The notes beneath the pieces were generated by a model. It did no database searches and was not told the DNA's origin. It saw nothing but the letters and a program-made list of their open reading frames with translations. DNA of 64,000 bases, taken from positions 288,001-352,000 of the forward strand of contig CAWGIE010000019.1 of the NCBI GenBank assembly GCA_963822585.1. The letters are read 5' to 3'. A program made the position numbers and the translations under genes. Shown here piece by piece: positions 30,276 through 45,209 of the stretch (position 1 is the stretch's first letter; every line of letters begins with the position of its first letter). The DNA is from an uncultured bacterium (GTDB taxonomy: Bacteria > Auribacterota > Erginobacteria > Erginobacterales > Erginobacteraceae).

Positions 30276-30312
30276 TCATCCAGCCATCCTTTTAATGCTT
30301 ACCAAATTAACT

Positions 30313-30530
30313 ACCACGAAGGACACGAAGAACACGAAGGATAATACTATAGGGGCTTTTCGTTAATAGCATTGATGAGAAATAAAACCACAGCAATCAT
30401 CTGACGGGTTTGTCAATCAGCCCGGTTGGCTGCCCTGAGAACCCCCGCCTGGCTTATTCATTGCTGATAATGTCCAGATTGTTTTCGCTTTTCTCTATTT
30501 CTCCTTCGTGTTCTTCGTGTCCTTCGTGGT
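30313..30530. mobile_element. Empty ACCACGAAG inverted-repeat cassette
   Basis: Full 27-nt arms at both ends. Confidence 0.78.
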
Positions 30531-30575
30531 AATTAGTCCCCGAGTAATCATACTATTTATTTATAGAGAGGAGAG

Positions 30576-31799
30576 GTGATGAAGGCGTTAAAGAAGAAGC
30601 AGTATTTCTTCAAGCATCCCGGAATGAACTTCGAGACCCTGATCGCCCTGGGCTTCTGTTCGTACCGGGGGGCCGGGGCCGGTGAGGTCATCTCCACCTG
30701 CTCCCGGATCCGCGACGGGGATTTCGAGAGCTGGTATAGCGAATGGTACCGGACAGCGGAACGGATTCGCGCGATCGCCCGGGAATGCGACAAGGCCGGC
30801 GACACGACGGGAGCCCGCTGGGCGTGGCTGCGCGCGTCGAACTATTTTGCCACCGCCAACTCCATGGTCGACGGGACCGACGACCCGGGACGGCAGCTAC
30901 CGACCTGGCAGGAACACCGGAACTGCTGGGATGAGTTCTGCCGGCGTCTTTCGCCCCCGGCCGAGAAGATTGAGATCCCTTACGGGGACAGTGGCATGCC
31001 GGGCTACTTTTTCCGACCGCCGGACGCGGAAGGCCCGCTCCCCGTGATCATCTTCAACAACGGCTCCGACGGGCCGGTCAGCGCCATCTGGGCGAGCGGG
31101 ATCGCCGGGGCGCTGGAGCGGGGATACGCGGCCCTGACCTTCGACGGACCCGGCCAGAACAGCCTTCTCTGGCTGCACAACATACCCTTCCGCCCCGATT
31201 GGGAGAAGGTCATCACCCCGGTCGTCGACTTTCTCCTCGCTCGCCGGGAGGCGGACCCGGAACGGATCGTCCTCTCCGGGATCAGCCAGGGAGGCTACTG
31301 GGTGCTCCGGGCGCTGGCCTTCGAACACCGGATAGCGGCCGGGATCGCCGACCCCGGGGTGATGGATGTCTCGACCGCGATGCTGGAGAAACTCCCCGGC
31401 GGCATGCGCCGGTCCCTCCGGGAAGGAGACCGGGCCAAGTTCGAAAAGCAGCTCCGCCTGGGAGAGCACTTCATGGGAAAAGCCGCGCGGCAGGAACTGG
31501 AGTTCCGGATGAAGCCCTATTGCACGCAAAATGTCTTCGACTGGATGACCGAAGCCCTGCGCTACAACGCCCGGGACGTGATCACGGAGATCCGGTGCCC
31601 GATGCTGATCGCCGATCCGGACGACGAGCAGTTCTGGCCCGGCCAGTCCCGGGAGGTCTATGACGCGCTGACCTGCCCCAAGACCATCGTCCGTTTCACG
31701 GAGGAGGAAGGAGCCAACTGGCACTGCGAGCCGATGGCACGGGCCCTTTACGACCAGCGGGTCTTCGACTGGTTGGCGACCGTTTTGCCACCCGGCTGA
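30576..31799 (+). CDS. Alpha/beta hydrolase (S9/FrsA-like)
   Basis: NGSD, FDGPGQ, GISQGG nucleophile elbow and HCE. Confidence 0.88.
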   Translation: MMKALKKKQYFFKHPGMNFETLIALGFCSYRGAGAGEVISTCSRIRDGDFESWYSEWYRTAERIRAIARECDKAGDTTGARWAWLRASNYFATANSMVDGTDDPGRQLPTWQEHRNCWDEFCRRLSPPAEKIEIPYGDSGMPGYFFRPPDAEGPLPVIIFNNGSDGPVSAIWASGIAGALERGYAALTFDGPGQNSLLWLHNIPFRPDWEKVITPVVDFLLARREADPERIVLSGISQGGYWVLRALAFEHRIAAGIADPGVMDVSTAMLEKLPGGMRRSLREGDRAKFEKQLRLGEHFMGKAARQELEFRMKPYCTQNVFDWMTEALRYNARDVITEIRCPMLIADPDDEQFWPGQSREVYDALTCPKTIVRFTEEEGANWHCEPMARALYDQRVFDWLATVLPPG

Positions 31800-31824
31800 A
31801 GGGCCGGGCGGCAAACCCGATCTT

Positions 31825-31914
31825 GGTAGCCGCCCCGATTAAATCGGGGCGTCATCACCAATCGGAATGGTTGTCAGCAATAGTCAATAACGCACCTTAA
31901 AAGGTGCGGCTACC
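31825..31914. repeat. GTAG-family REP pair (REPIN-like)
   Basis: GGTAGCCGC-hairpin ... hairpin-GCGGCTACC. Confidence 0.7.
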
Positions 31915-31967
31915 TTCAGGTTCATGAAAATAGGGTTTTTTGGCCAGCCTCCTGAAACGGCAGCGGA

Positions 31968-32798
31968 TCAGATAGATACTCCCAGCGAACTGATCACCGA
32001 GAGATCGTTCCGCTTCGTCCCCGCCGCCGGGGTGTTGTCGTACCGGTCGGTCACGCTGAGCATGAAGTACACCTGCGAGAAAAGCCCCACCCGAAGGGCA
32101 ACTTCCCCGTTGAGCAGGTAATCCTTGAAATCCTCAAATTTGGGCTTGTACTCGACGCTCTCGATCAGTGTCACCCGTTCGTTGATTACCAGCGCGCCGT
32201 TCTCAGCCAGGCGGAGATAAACCCCGTGATCTCGCTGACCGTCCTCGTACCGGCTGTCGATATAGGAGGCACCCAGTTCGGGGGCAAGGAAGGTTTTATC
32301 TTTTCGGTATATTTCGTAGCCGATACCGACGCCGTTCTCGAGGCGGCGGTCCAGTTTTTTGATCTTGTCATAGGACGCCGCCGAGAGGCCGTACAGGAAG
32401 CCGCTCTCGATCACGAAGAGGTTGGCCTGGCCCGAGACCGATCCCCGGTCGGCGGTCTTATCGTACTCCCCGGTATCCTGGTTCTTGACCTCGCCCCAGG
32501 CGTATTCCCCTTTCCCGATCAGTTCCCAGGTCTCCTCGAACTTCTTGATGACGGCCGCCCGGGCCAGAAAATCCGCGGTATCCGAGTTGCCCCGGGAGAG
32601 GGAGTACCCGGCGCTGAGATCGATCAGCCAGCCGGGAAAGAGGTGCGCTTGCGGGACGCATTCCTCCCGGGAAGCCTTGACCGAATCGTCGGCCTGGGCC
32701 GCCAGTTTGTCGTCCGCGACGGCACTGGCACAGTAAACGACCACCGCCGATGCAATGCCAAAAAGTATTATCAGCTTCTTCATCATGTTTATCCTCAT
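31968..32798 (-). CDS. DUF481 (YdiY-like) outer-membrane beta-barrel
   Basis: Signal peptide, SRGNSDT, YDNTP and alternating beta-strands. Confidence 0.8.
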   Translation of the reverse strand: MRINMMKKLIILFGIASAVVVYCASAVADDKLAAQADDSVKASREECVPQAHLFPGWLIDLSAGYSLSRGNSDTADFLARAAVIKKFEETWELIGKGEYAWGEVKNQDTGEYDKTADRGSVSGQANLFVIESGFLYGLSAASYDKIKKLDRRLENGVGIGYEIYRKDKTFLAPELGASYIDSRYEDGQRDHGVYLRLAENGALVINERVTLIESVEYKPKFEDFKDYLLNGEVALRVGLFSQVYFMLSVTDRYDNTPAAGTKRNDLSVISSLGVSI

Positions 32799-32998
32799 TT
32801 TAACTCAAGTTAGCGCCTCCGGCGCAACTTGTAGTGTAAAGTGTAATGTTTAAAGTGTAATGGAACTCGCCACTTCACACCTTACACTTCACACTATGTT
32901 ATTGTGCGCCAGAGGCTGGCATCTCCGCCAGGCGGATCAGCCTCCGGCTGAAGCCTCAGGCTGAAAATTCCGAAGCAGGAACTTAGCTTCGCAACTGA

Positions 32999-33050
32999 GG
33001 GAGGGCACGGCGGCCCTCCCCTACGTAGGGGCCGACCGCTGTGTCGGCCC
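32999..33050. repeat. Back-to-back GTAG-family REPs
   Basis: ...CCCTCCCCTAC GTAGGGGCCGACC...GTCGGCCC. Confidence 0.7.
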
Positions 33051-33072
33051 GATTTATTGAATTTCAGGATGA

Positions 33073-33891
33073 TCAGGAAGCCGGTTTTTCCGTCACCATG
33101 TGAATGACGCGCTGCGGGAAGGGGATCTCGATCCCGTTGGCGTCGAAGGCTTCCTTGATCTTCCGGGTCAGGTCGAACTTGACCCCCCAGTAATCTTCCT
33201 TCTTCGCCCAGGGGCGGACCACAAAGTTGACGCTGGAGTCGGCCAACTCGGCCACGGCGATCGTGGGGGCGGGATCTTTCAGGATCCGATCGTCTTCCCG
33301 GCAGAGTTTTTCCAGAATCTCCTGGGCTTTTTTCATCGAAGAGTCGTAGCTGATGCCGACCGTAATATCAACCCGGCGGGTGGCGTAGGCGGTGACGTTC
33401 TGGATCACGTCGCCGTAGATCTTGCCGTTGGGAACGGTGATCCGGATGTTATCCGGGGTCGCCAGGACGGTCTCGAAGATCTGGATCTCCTTGACCGACC
33501 CGGTGACACCGGCGGCGGTGATGACATCGCCGATCTTGAAGGGCTTGAAGACCAAGATCAGGACACCGGCGGCAAAGTTGGAGAGCGACCCCTGCATGGC
33601 GAAGGCGATGGCCAGGCCGGCGGCGCCGATGATGGCGATGAATGAGGTCATCTGGACCCCGAGATTGCCGAGGGCGGCCACCACCGCGAAGACCAGGATC
33701 AGGAAATAGACCAGGTTTCCGGCAAAAGAAATGATGGCCGGGTCGGTCTTGGCCTTGGTCAAGAGTTTGTGGACGAGTTTCCGGAGCAGACCGGACACCA
33801 TCCGTCCGGCGATCAGGATGACAACCGCCCCGATCAGCTTGAGACCGTACTCGGCGACGAAGACCGTCAGTTGGTCGATGATATGCTGCAT
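33073..33891 (-). CDS. mscS: Small-conductance mechanosensitive channel
   Basis: GAAGLAIAFAMQGSLSNFAAG, PFKIGD and IEIPFPQR. Confidence 0.94.
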   Translation of the reverse strand: MQHIIDQLTVFVAEYGLKLIGAVVILIAGRMVSGLLRKLVHKLLTKAKTDPAIISFAGNLVYFLILVFAVVAALGNLGVQMTSFIAIIGAAGLAIAFAMQGSLSNFAAGVLILVFKPFKIGDVITAAGVTGSVKEIQIFETVLATPDNIRITVPNGKIYGDVIQNVTAYATRRVDITVGISYDSSMKKAQEILEKLCREDDRILKDPAPTIAVAELADSSVNFVVRPWAKKEDYWGVKFDLTRKIKEAFDANGIEIPFPQRVIHMVTEKPAS

Positions 33892-34171
33892 AACAAAACC
33901 TCCGTTCTCTGTTTATCCGCAGGTTATATCTTTATGGGGGGGGATACAAGTAGCAATTAATATGCCAGTTTTCCGGCAAATAGATTTTCATCGCGGTTTT
34001 AAGAGAATTTTTAATGTATCCGGGAAGAGAGACGTCAGAAGAGATACCGGTAGAGGAGGAAACGGGGCAAACTTTGCATCCCCGAAAGCACTTTTTTTAC
34101 TTACCGGCTTTTATCTGTGTTATAGTAGCAGAAAATACTCATTAAAGAATGTCAGAGGATAGGAGAAATCA

Positions 34172-34502
34172 CATGAAATCCGCACTCGCAATCACGGCAA
34201 TTCTCTCGCTGATCGTGCTGACGGCGTGCGTGACACCGCACCACCGGCGGCTGGACTACGTGGAGGAGCACCCCGGCCTGAGCGGCGAGATCGCGCAGGC
34301 GATCATGGAGGGGAGAATCATGAAGGGGATGAACGCCGATGACGTCAGGGCGTCCTGGGGAGATCCCGACCGTGAAACCCTCTCCGTCACCAAGGGCGGC
34401 AACCAGGAGATCTGGTCCTATGACACCCCGATCGGCAGGTTCACCGATGGGACGGTCATCCTCACCTTCACCAACCGGAAACTGACCAATCTGGTAAACT
34501 GA
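34172..34502 (+). CDS. Small lipoprotein (BamE/SmpA-like fold possible)
   Basis: Lipobox LTAC; GM..DVRASWGDP...EIWSY. Confidence 0.7.
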
Positions 34503-34563
34503 TGACGGAGCGGGGAGAGAAGCTGATACAACCCCGGATGGCAAGCACCATAACTATCCCGAA

Positions 34564-34664
34564 ATGGAGTATTGGAGTACTGGAGTGATGGGGTATCGGA
34601 TTACTCATCCGGCCCAGTTTAATGGTTGTCCATCATTCCATTATTCCACCACTCCATCACCCCC
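34564..34664. repeat. Octamer-arm inverted cassette (TGGAGTAN / NTACTCCA); related cassette at 60441-60530
   Basis: Tandem 8-mers and a complementary arm. Confidence 0.75.
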
Positions 34665-34797
34665 TACTTCTTGATTTTGCGGTTTGGTCTTGGTGATAGT
34701 GGATAGAATAGTATATCCCCTTGTATAATTACCCCCTATCTGTTAGATTGCCGCGGTTTTCATCGGGATATATCGTAATAATTCACTGGAGGCACTA

Positions 34798-36120
34798 ATG
34801 ACAGACAAGAAAGGCATACTGGAAACGGTTGAAGAGAAGAATATCAGGCACATTCAACTCTGGTTTACCGATATTCTGGGGCGGCTGAAAAGCATGGAGA
34901 TCTCCGATTCGGAGCTGGAAGGAGCGCTGGAATGCGGCATCGGATTTGACGGTTCTTCCATCGAGGGGTTCGCCCGAATTGAAGAGAGCGACGTGATGGC
35001 GATGCCCGACCCGTCCACCTTTCAGATCCTTCCCTGGGTCCCCGAGGAAGGCCCGGTGGCCCGGTTGATCTGCGACATCCAGGATCCATACGGGAACCCT
35101 TACCCGGGGGATCCCCGCTACGTTCTCCGGAAGATAACGAAGAAAGCCGCCGGATTGGGCTACGTCTTCCATGTCGGCCCCGAGATGGAATACTTCTATT
35201 TCAAGAACGACCGGGCGCCCGAATGCCTGGATATGAGCGGCTACTTTGACCTGACCCCGCCCGATCTGGGAACCGACCTGCGGCGGGAGACCGCCCAGGC
35301 CCTGGAAGCGATGGGGATGAAGACAGAATGTACTCATCACGAGGTCGCTCCCAGTCAGCACGAGGTGGACCTCCGGCACGACGACGCCATGATCATGGCC
35401 GACAACGTGATGACGCTCCGGTTCGTGACCAAGGAGATCGCCCGGAGAAACGGCGTCCACGCGACCTTTATGCCCAAGCCGATCCTGACCGAGAACGGGA
35501 GCGGCATGCACGTTCACCAGTCACTGCTGAAAGGCGACTCCAATGCTTTCTTCGACGCCAAGGATAACTACAACCTCTCCGCCTTAGCCAAGCGATATAT
35601 CGCCGGCATCATGAAACACGCCCCCGAGATTATCGCGGTGACCAATCAGTGGGTGAACTCTTACAAGCGTCTGGTCCCCGGCTACGAGGCTCCGGTCTAC
35701 AATTCCTGGGCCCGGCGGAACCGGTCGACGATGATCCGGGTCCCGCTCTACCTGCCGGGGAGGGAGATGGCGACCCGGATCGAATTCCGGGCTCCCGATC
35801 CCTCCTGCAACCCTTACCTGGCCTTCGCGGTGATGCTGGCGGCCGGGTTGGCCGGGATCGAAGGCGAATATGATCTCCCGGCCCCGATCGAGGAGAATAT
35901 CTTTCATATGTCACCGGAAGAGAAGGAGAAGCGGGGGATCATCCCGCTCCCCGGGAATCTCTACGCGGCCATCCGCGAGGTTCGCAAGAGCGAGCTGGTG
36001 AAAGAGACCCTGGGAGATCACATGTTCGAACAATTCGTCCGGAACAAGGAGATCGAGTGGGATAATTACCGGATCCAGGTCTCCGGCTACGAACTGGAAA
36101 AATATCTTCCGATTCTATAG
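34798..36120 (+). CDS. glnA: Glutamine synthetase type I
   Basis: FDGSSIEGF, HHEVAPSQHE, ATFMPKP, NGSGMHVHQS and RIEFR. Confidence 0.97.
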   Translation: MTDKKGILETVEEKNIRHIQLWFTDILGRLKSMEISDSELEGALECGIGFDGSSIEGFARIEESDVMAMPDPSTFQILPWVPEEGPVARLICDIQDPYGNPYPGDPRYVLRKITKKAAGLGYVFHVGPEMEYFYFKNDRAPECLDMSGYFDLTPPDLGTDLRRETAQALEAMGMKTECTHHEVAPSQHEVDLRHDDAMIMADNVMTLRFVTKEIARRNGVHATFMPKPILTENGSGMHVHQSLLKGDSNAFFDAKDNYNLSALAKRYIAGIMKHAPEIIAVTNQWVNSYKRLVPGYEAPVYNSWARRNRSTMIRVPLYLPGREMATRIEFRAPDPSCNPYLAFAVMLAAGLAGIEGEYDLPAPIEENIFHMSPEEKEKRGIIPLPGNLYAAIREVRKSELVKETLGDHMFEQFVRNKEIEWDNYRIQVSGYELEKYLPIL

Positions 36121-36164
36121 GCATCAACATAGATACCGGTTCTTTGTAAAAACAGCCGGTCATA

Positions 36165-36529
36165 ACCACGAAGGACACGAAGAATTTCTGGGGAATGGGG
36201 ATTAGGGAGTGGGGAGTCGGGACTAGCTATACCCTGCTCGAAAAGGATTGCGAGCAGGAAATCCTAATATCGAAATCCTAAACAAATCCAAAATCCAAAT
36301 GACCAAATGTTTCAAATATCGCCGGGTGTAGCCCCATTGTTTTGGATTTTTTAGTTTGGGTCATTTGATATTATTTAGGATTTAGTATTTTCCTCCAGAG
36401 GCGGATCAGCCTTTGGCTGAAGATATTCGGATTTGAGAGCTTACGAACCTTTCGAGTAAGGTATAGCTAATAACCCATTCACTATTCTCCAATCCCTAAT
36501 CCCTATTCTCTATTCGTGTCCTTCGTGGT
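36165..36529. mobile_element. ACCACGAAG heptamer-core cassette (copy 3) with element B nested inside
   Basis: The outer parts match 10544-10650 and 27813-27919; 36233-36459 is the reverse complement of 2419-2651. Confidence 0.8.
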
Positions 36530-36550
36530 TTTTATTATCGTGGTAAATCA

Positions 36551-41114
<4,564 letters not shown>

Positions 41115-41122
<8 letters not shown>

Positions 41123-42533
41123 TCCGGCACCCTTCCAGGAAATTCCCCGGGTTGAACCGAGCAAACGGCCGGTAGACGAACGGGTGAGAGATTATCGTGA
41201 GATCCCGGAGGGTCTTTCCCCGGAAGAACTTTCACGCCAGGCGGCCCGGTGCCTGGACTGCGGGATCCCCTTCTGCCACGGCTTCGGATGCCCCCTGGCC
41301 AACCGGATCCCCGACTGGAACGACATGCTCTATCACGGCCGCTGGGAGCAGGCGCTGCTCCTCCTCCACTCCACCAATAATTTTCCCGAGATCACCGGAA
41401 GGGTCTGCCCGGCCCCCTGCGAGGCCGCCTGCACCCTCTCCACGGACTTCGGCGCGGTCGCTATCCGGCAGATCGAGCTTCAGCTGGTTGAACGAGGATG
41501 GAAGGAGGGATGGATAAAGCCGCTGCCGGCGACCCGGGCGTCCGGAAGCCGGGTGGCGGTGATCGGTTCCGGCCCGGGGGGCCTGGCGGCTGCCCAGGAG
41601 CTTTCCCGGCACGGGCATAAAGTAATCGTCTTTGAAAAAGACGACCGGATCGGGGGCATGCTCCGCTACGGCATCCCCGATTTCAAGCTGGAAAAAGGGG
41701 TCATCGACCGCCGGCTGGAACAGATGCGCCGGGAGGGGGTCATCTTCGAACCCGGGGTGGAAGCGGGGGTCGACCTCTCCGGACGATATCTCCTCCGGAG
41801 CTTCCAGGCGGTCGTAATCGCGGCCGGGGCCCGGACACCTCGCGATCTCGTCCTCCCGGGGCGGGATCTGACCGGGATCCATCTGGCGATGGAGTACCTG
41901 GTCCGGCAAAACCGGCTGGTCGGCGGGGAGAACGGCGACGGGTATTCTTCTCGGGACGCCCGGGGCAAGAACGTGGTTGTCCTGGGCGGCGGTGACACCG
42001 GTTCGGACTGTGTCGGCACCGCGCGGCGGCAGGGGGCGAAAGAGATATTTCAGCTGGAGATCTTGCCCCGGCCCCCGGAGGAACGCCGCCGGGAGAATCC
42101 CTGGCCCACCTGGCCCCGGATCCTCCGGACCACCACCTCTCACGAGGAGGGCTGCGAACGACTCTGGGCCGTCGCGGCGAAAGGTTTTTCCGGCGAGGGG
42201 GGCCGGGTCACCGGTGTCCGGTGCGTCAAGCTCGATTGTATGCGGCCGGAGGAAGGAGGGAAAGAAGTCCCCGGTTCCGACTTCGAGGTCCCGGCCGACA
42301 TGGTGGTTATCGCCGCCGGTTTTACTCACCCCGAGCACGGCCCTTTGATCGAGGAACTGGGGCTGTCACTCACCGAGCGCGGCACTATCGCCGTTGACGA
42401 CGATTTCGCCGCCAGCACCCCGTCCGTCTTTGCCGCCGGGGACTGTGTGAGCGGCGCCTCCCTGGTCGTGGACGCCATCAGCCAGGGCCGCCGCTGCGCG
42501 GCGGCGGTCCACCGTTTCCTCTCCAACCGGTGA
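41115..42533 (+). CDS. gltD: Glutamate synthase small subunit
   Basis: RCLDCGIPFC, GRVCPAPCE, GSGPGG and GGGDTGSDC. Confidence 0.97.
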
Positions 42534-42644
42534 TACATCCTCCCGGGGATCATCTCCTCCACCACGCCCCCTTTTTAGTCCACTGATGGATTCGACTTCG
42601 CTCCCTTCGACTTTGCTCAGGGTCTAAAGACACCACAAGTTTAC

Positions 42645-44685
42645 TCCGAGTAGAGCGATGGCGCAGTGGCTACAGGTGGAAGTTTGATTTTCCTGTTTCT
42701 CCCCGTTTCCTGTGGGAGTGTCTCAATATTACCACCATACCCTATTTCCATCCCCCTCTCACAGAACCGTACGTGCGGTTTTCCCGCATACGGCTCCTGC
42801 CATATGCTTCATCAAAAGGTTTATGCTCCTACTTCGGCTTCAAGACGCTTTCCGGTAGTACCTGATCTGGTAGTCATTGTATAGACCCCAGTCTCGATAT
42901 GGCACTTCCTTACTCCACTTCTTGCAGCCATGCCCCGGTCGTTTCTGTTTCTTCCTTACAAACCGCCGGACTTTCTTTTCTACATCCCATTTGACGTAAC
43001 TGAACGTCTTGCCGGAATGCCCTATCCTGAAGTAGTTGACCCACCCCCTGAGCACCGGATTGATCTTGCCGATTACAACCGGCAGTTTCTCATTCCAGTT
43101 CTCCTTGATCACCAGCCTGACCTTCTTTAAGATCGCTTTGCGTTTCTCAGGCCGAGGCGTTATTAAAGGATACTTCTTCCCTCTTTTCGATGTCACTAAC
43201 CTCCAGGTGAACCCTAAAAGATTAAATGTCTCCCCCTTTTCCAGAACGACTATTTTCGTCTTCTCCAGATTTAGTTCGACTCCTAATCTCTTGAGCTCTT
43301 CCTCTAATCTTTGCTTACTGTACTCCAGCAGGCGATCACTTCCGGGATGCTCAATGGTGGTTATCACCATATCATCGGCAAAACGGCAATAGTCCATTGC
43401 TCCATAGCCGTTTTGCTTTGCTCTTACTGCCGCTTTCTCAAAAAGCTCGTCTATCTCGTTGAGATAGATGTTCGCCAGCAGCGGTGATAATACACCCCCC
43501 TGCGGCACCCCTCTTCGGCCATTGGTCTTTACTATTAGCTTGATCAACCGCATGACCCGGGCATCATCAACTCTCTCCGCCACCTTTTCGAACAAAATGT
43601 GGTGACGAATATTATCAAAGTACGCCTTTAGATCGACGTCCAGCACCTTCCGATGTCCGTATACAATCTTCCTACTTACACGGTTTATCATCTGGTGCGC
43701 GCATCTGCCCAGCCGATACCCATAAGAGTTATCGTGAAAGTCCACCTCGAATATCGGCTCCAGGATCAATTTCAGAGCGGCTTGCACCACTCGATCCCGG
43801 ACCGTCGGTATCCTTAATCTGCGGACCTTTCCTTTCTCCTTCGGTATCTCCACCTCCCGGTACTTCAGAAGATAATAGTCCTCTCTTACCAGTTCATCCC
43901 GAATCCCTCTCAGAAAATCCTCCCTCCCCTCCTCCTCGATCTGCTTGAAAGTTACCCCGTCCACTCCCGGTTTGCCGTTATTCCCCTTCGCCAACCGGTA
44001 TGCTTCTCTCAGGGCCTCCATCTTGCAGACATGCCCATACAACCCCCAGAACCGCCAGGTCTTTTCAGACTTCCCCTTCAGATAGATCCTGCGCCTCACC
44101 TCTTGCAGACTAACGACGGGTTTTATCAGGCCCGCCCTGCCTCGGAATGTTGGCGCAGGAATGCCTATGACTGGGTCCCTTTGCTCCGGAAAGTTATGTT
44201 GTCTCTCCCTCATCGCTACTATGGACCCCGTAAGACTCCCTCTCACCTTTCAGCCAATTTCCCTTTTCGGTTATATGGCTTACCTCGTTACCGTGATTTC
44301 TCCCGGTGGTGAGGAGGGTATCCCCAGTGTCTGATGACCTACTGTGTATCCGTGTCGCCATTGGTACCCCGCCACCAATACCTCTCCCCTTAGCTGGTTT
44401 GGGATCGGCATTACTGTCTTCGCCCAATCTGCAGAGGCTCGACTGGTGAAGTTATAGCGTTACGAGGCTACCTATATGTTCACTTTCGTTACAACCCGGA
44501 TACTTGCTCGCCCGCCTCCTGCGGACTTTGTCGGCAGACTTCAGCCTTTGGAGTTTTCCCCTCAGCCGCCGCCCGTGCTATGCAGCTCCAGCTTCTACTG
44601 CTTCGGGACTTCCTCTCCGTTGTCTTTCTAACACTCTCACAGAGAAGTCACCCTATAGTAAGTCACCCCCTTTCTGGGCGTGAAC
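42645..44685 (-). mobile_element. Group II intron (ribozyme plus intron-encoded RT)
   Basis: Domain V GAGCCGTATGCGGGAAAACCGCACGTACGGTTC; domain VI stem with bulged A at 42651; 5' CCCAG/CTGGG domain I closure; RT ORF. Ends uncertain by a few nt. Confidence 0.9.
42840..44246 (-). CDS. ltrA: Group II intron reverse transcriptase/maturase, no En domain
   Basis: PGVDG, IPTVRDRVVQ, PQGGVLSPLLANIYL, RFADD and LRGWVNYF. The true start is probably near 44130. Confidence 0.93.
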   Translation of the reverse strand: MRGSLTGSIVAMRERQHNFPEQRDPVIGIPAPTFRGRAGLIKPVVSLQEVRRRIYLKGKSEKTWRFWGLYGHVCKMEALREAYRLAKGNNGKPGVDGVTFKQIEEEGREDFLRGIRDELVREDYYLLKYREVEIPKEKGKVRRLRIPTVRDRVVQAALKLILEPIFEVDFHDNSYGYRLGRCAHQMINRVSRKIVYGHRKVLDVDLKAYFDNIRHHILFEKVAERVDDARVMRLIKLIVKTNGRRGVPQGGVLSPLLANIYLNEIDELFEKAAVRAKQNGYGAMDYCRFADDMVITTIEHPGSDRLLEYSKQRLEEELKRLGVELNLEKTKIVVLEKGETFNLLGFTWRLVTSKRGKKYPLITPRPEKRKAILKKVRLVIKENWNEKLPVVIGKINPVLRGWVNYFRIGHSGKTFSYVKWDVEKKVRRFVRKKQKRPGHGCKKWSKEVPYRDWGLYNDYQIRYYRKAS

Positions 44686-45209
44686 AGATTACTCTGATTA
44701 TTGACCTTTACCTCGGCCCCCTTCAAGTCCACTAATTATACTAATTGGCACGAATTGTTTCCCTCGCCTCGCCCCCATTATTTTTAACCCCTGATCTACC
44801 TGATTCCTCTGTTGGATTTTGCGCCCTACCTTTATTATTCGAATTGAGGAATTCTTTCGTCTTTCTTCATTCGGGTTTCGTCATTTCTTGTTCATTCGAG
44901 GTTCATCGCCGCCATGATTGGTAGCCACAGGCTTCAGCCTGCGCTGATCACCAATTATCGAATCGAAGCGTAGATCCCGCGGCTCTGACGAAGTCAGAGC
45001 TTTGCGGGACCGATGACCGCCCCTAATATCCCGTTCGCGACGACGATCGAGTCGGTGGTACGGGCGGAGAAATTCGAATACCAGTTGGGTTGGCTTGAGT
45101 AAAGAATCCACCAGCAGGCCTGCCTGCTCTTCTTCCGGAAGGTCACGCAATCGCGCACTCCGTTGCGGTCTAAGCCCTCGGTAATGTCAGGGGGTGGCAA
45201 AGCCGGAAG

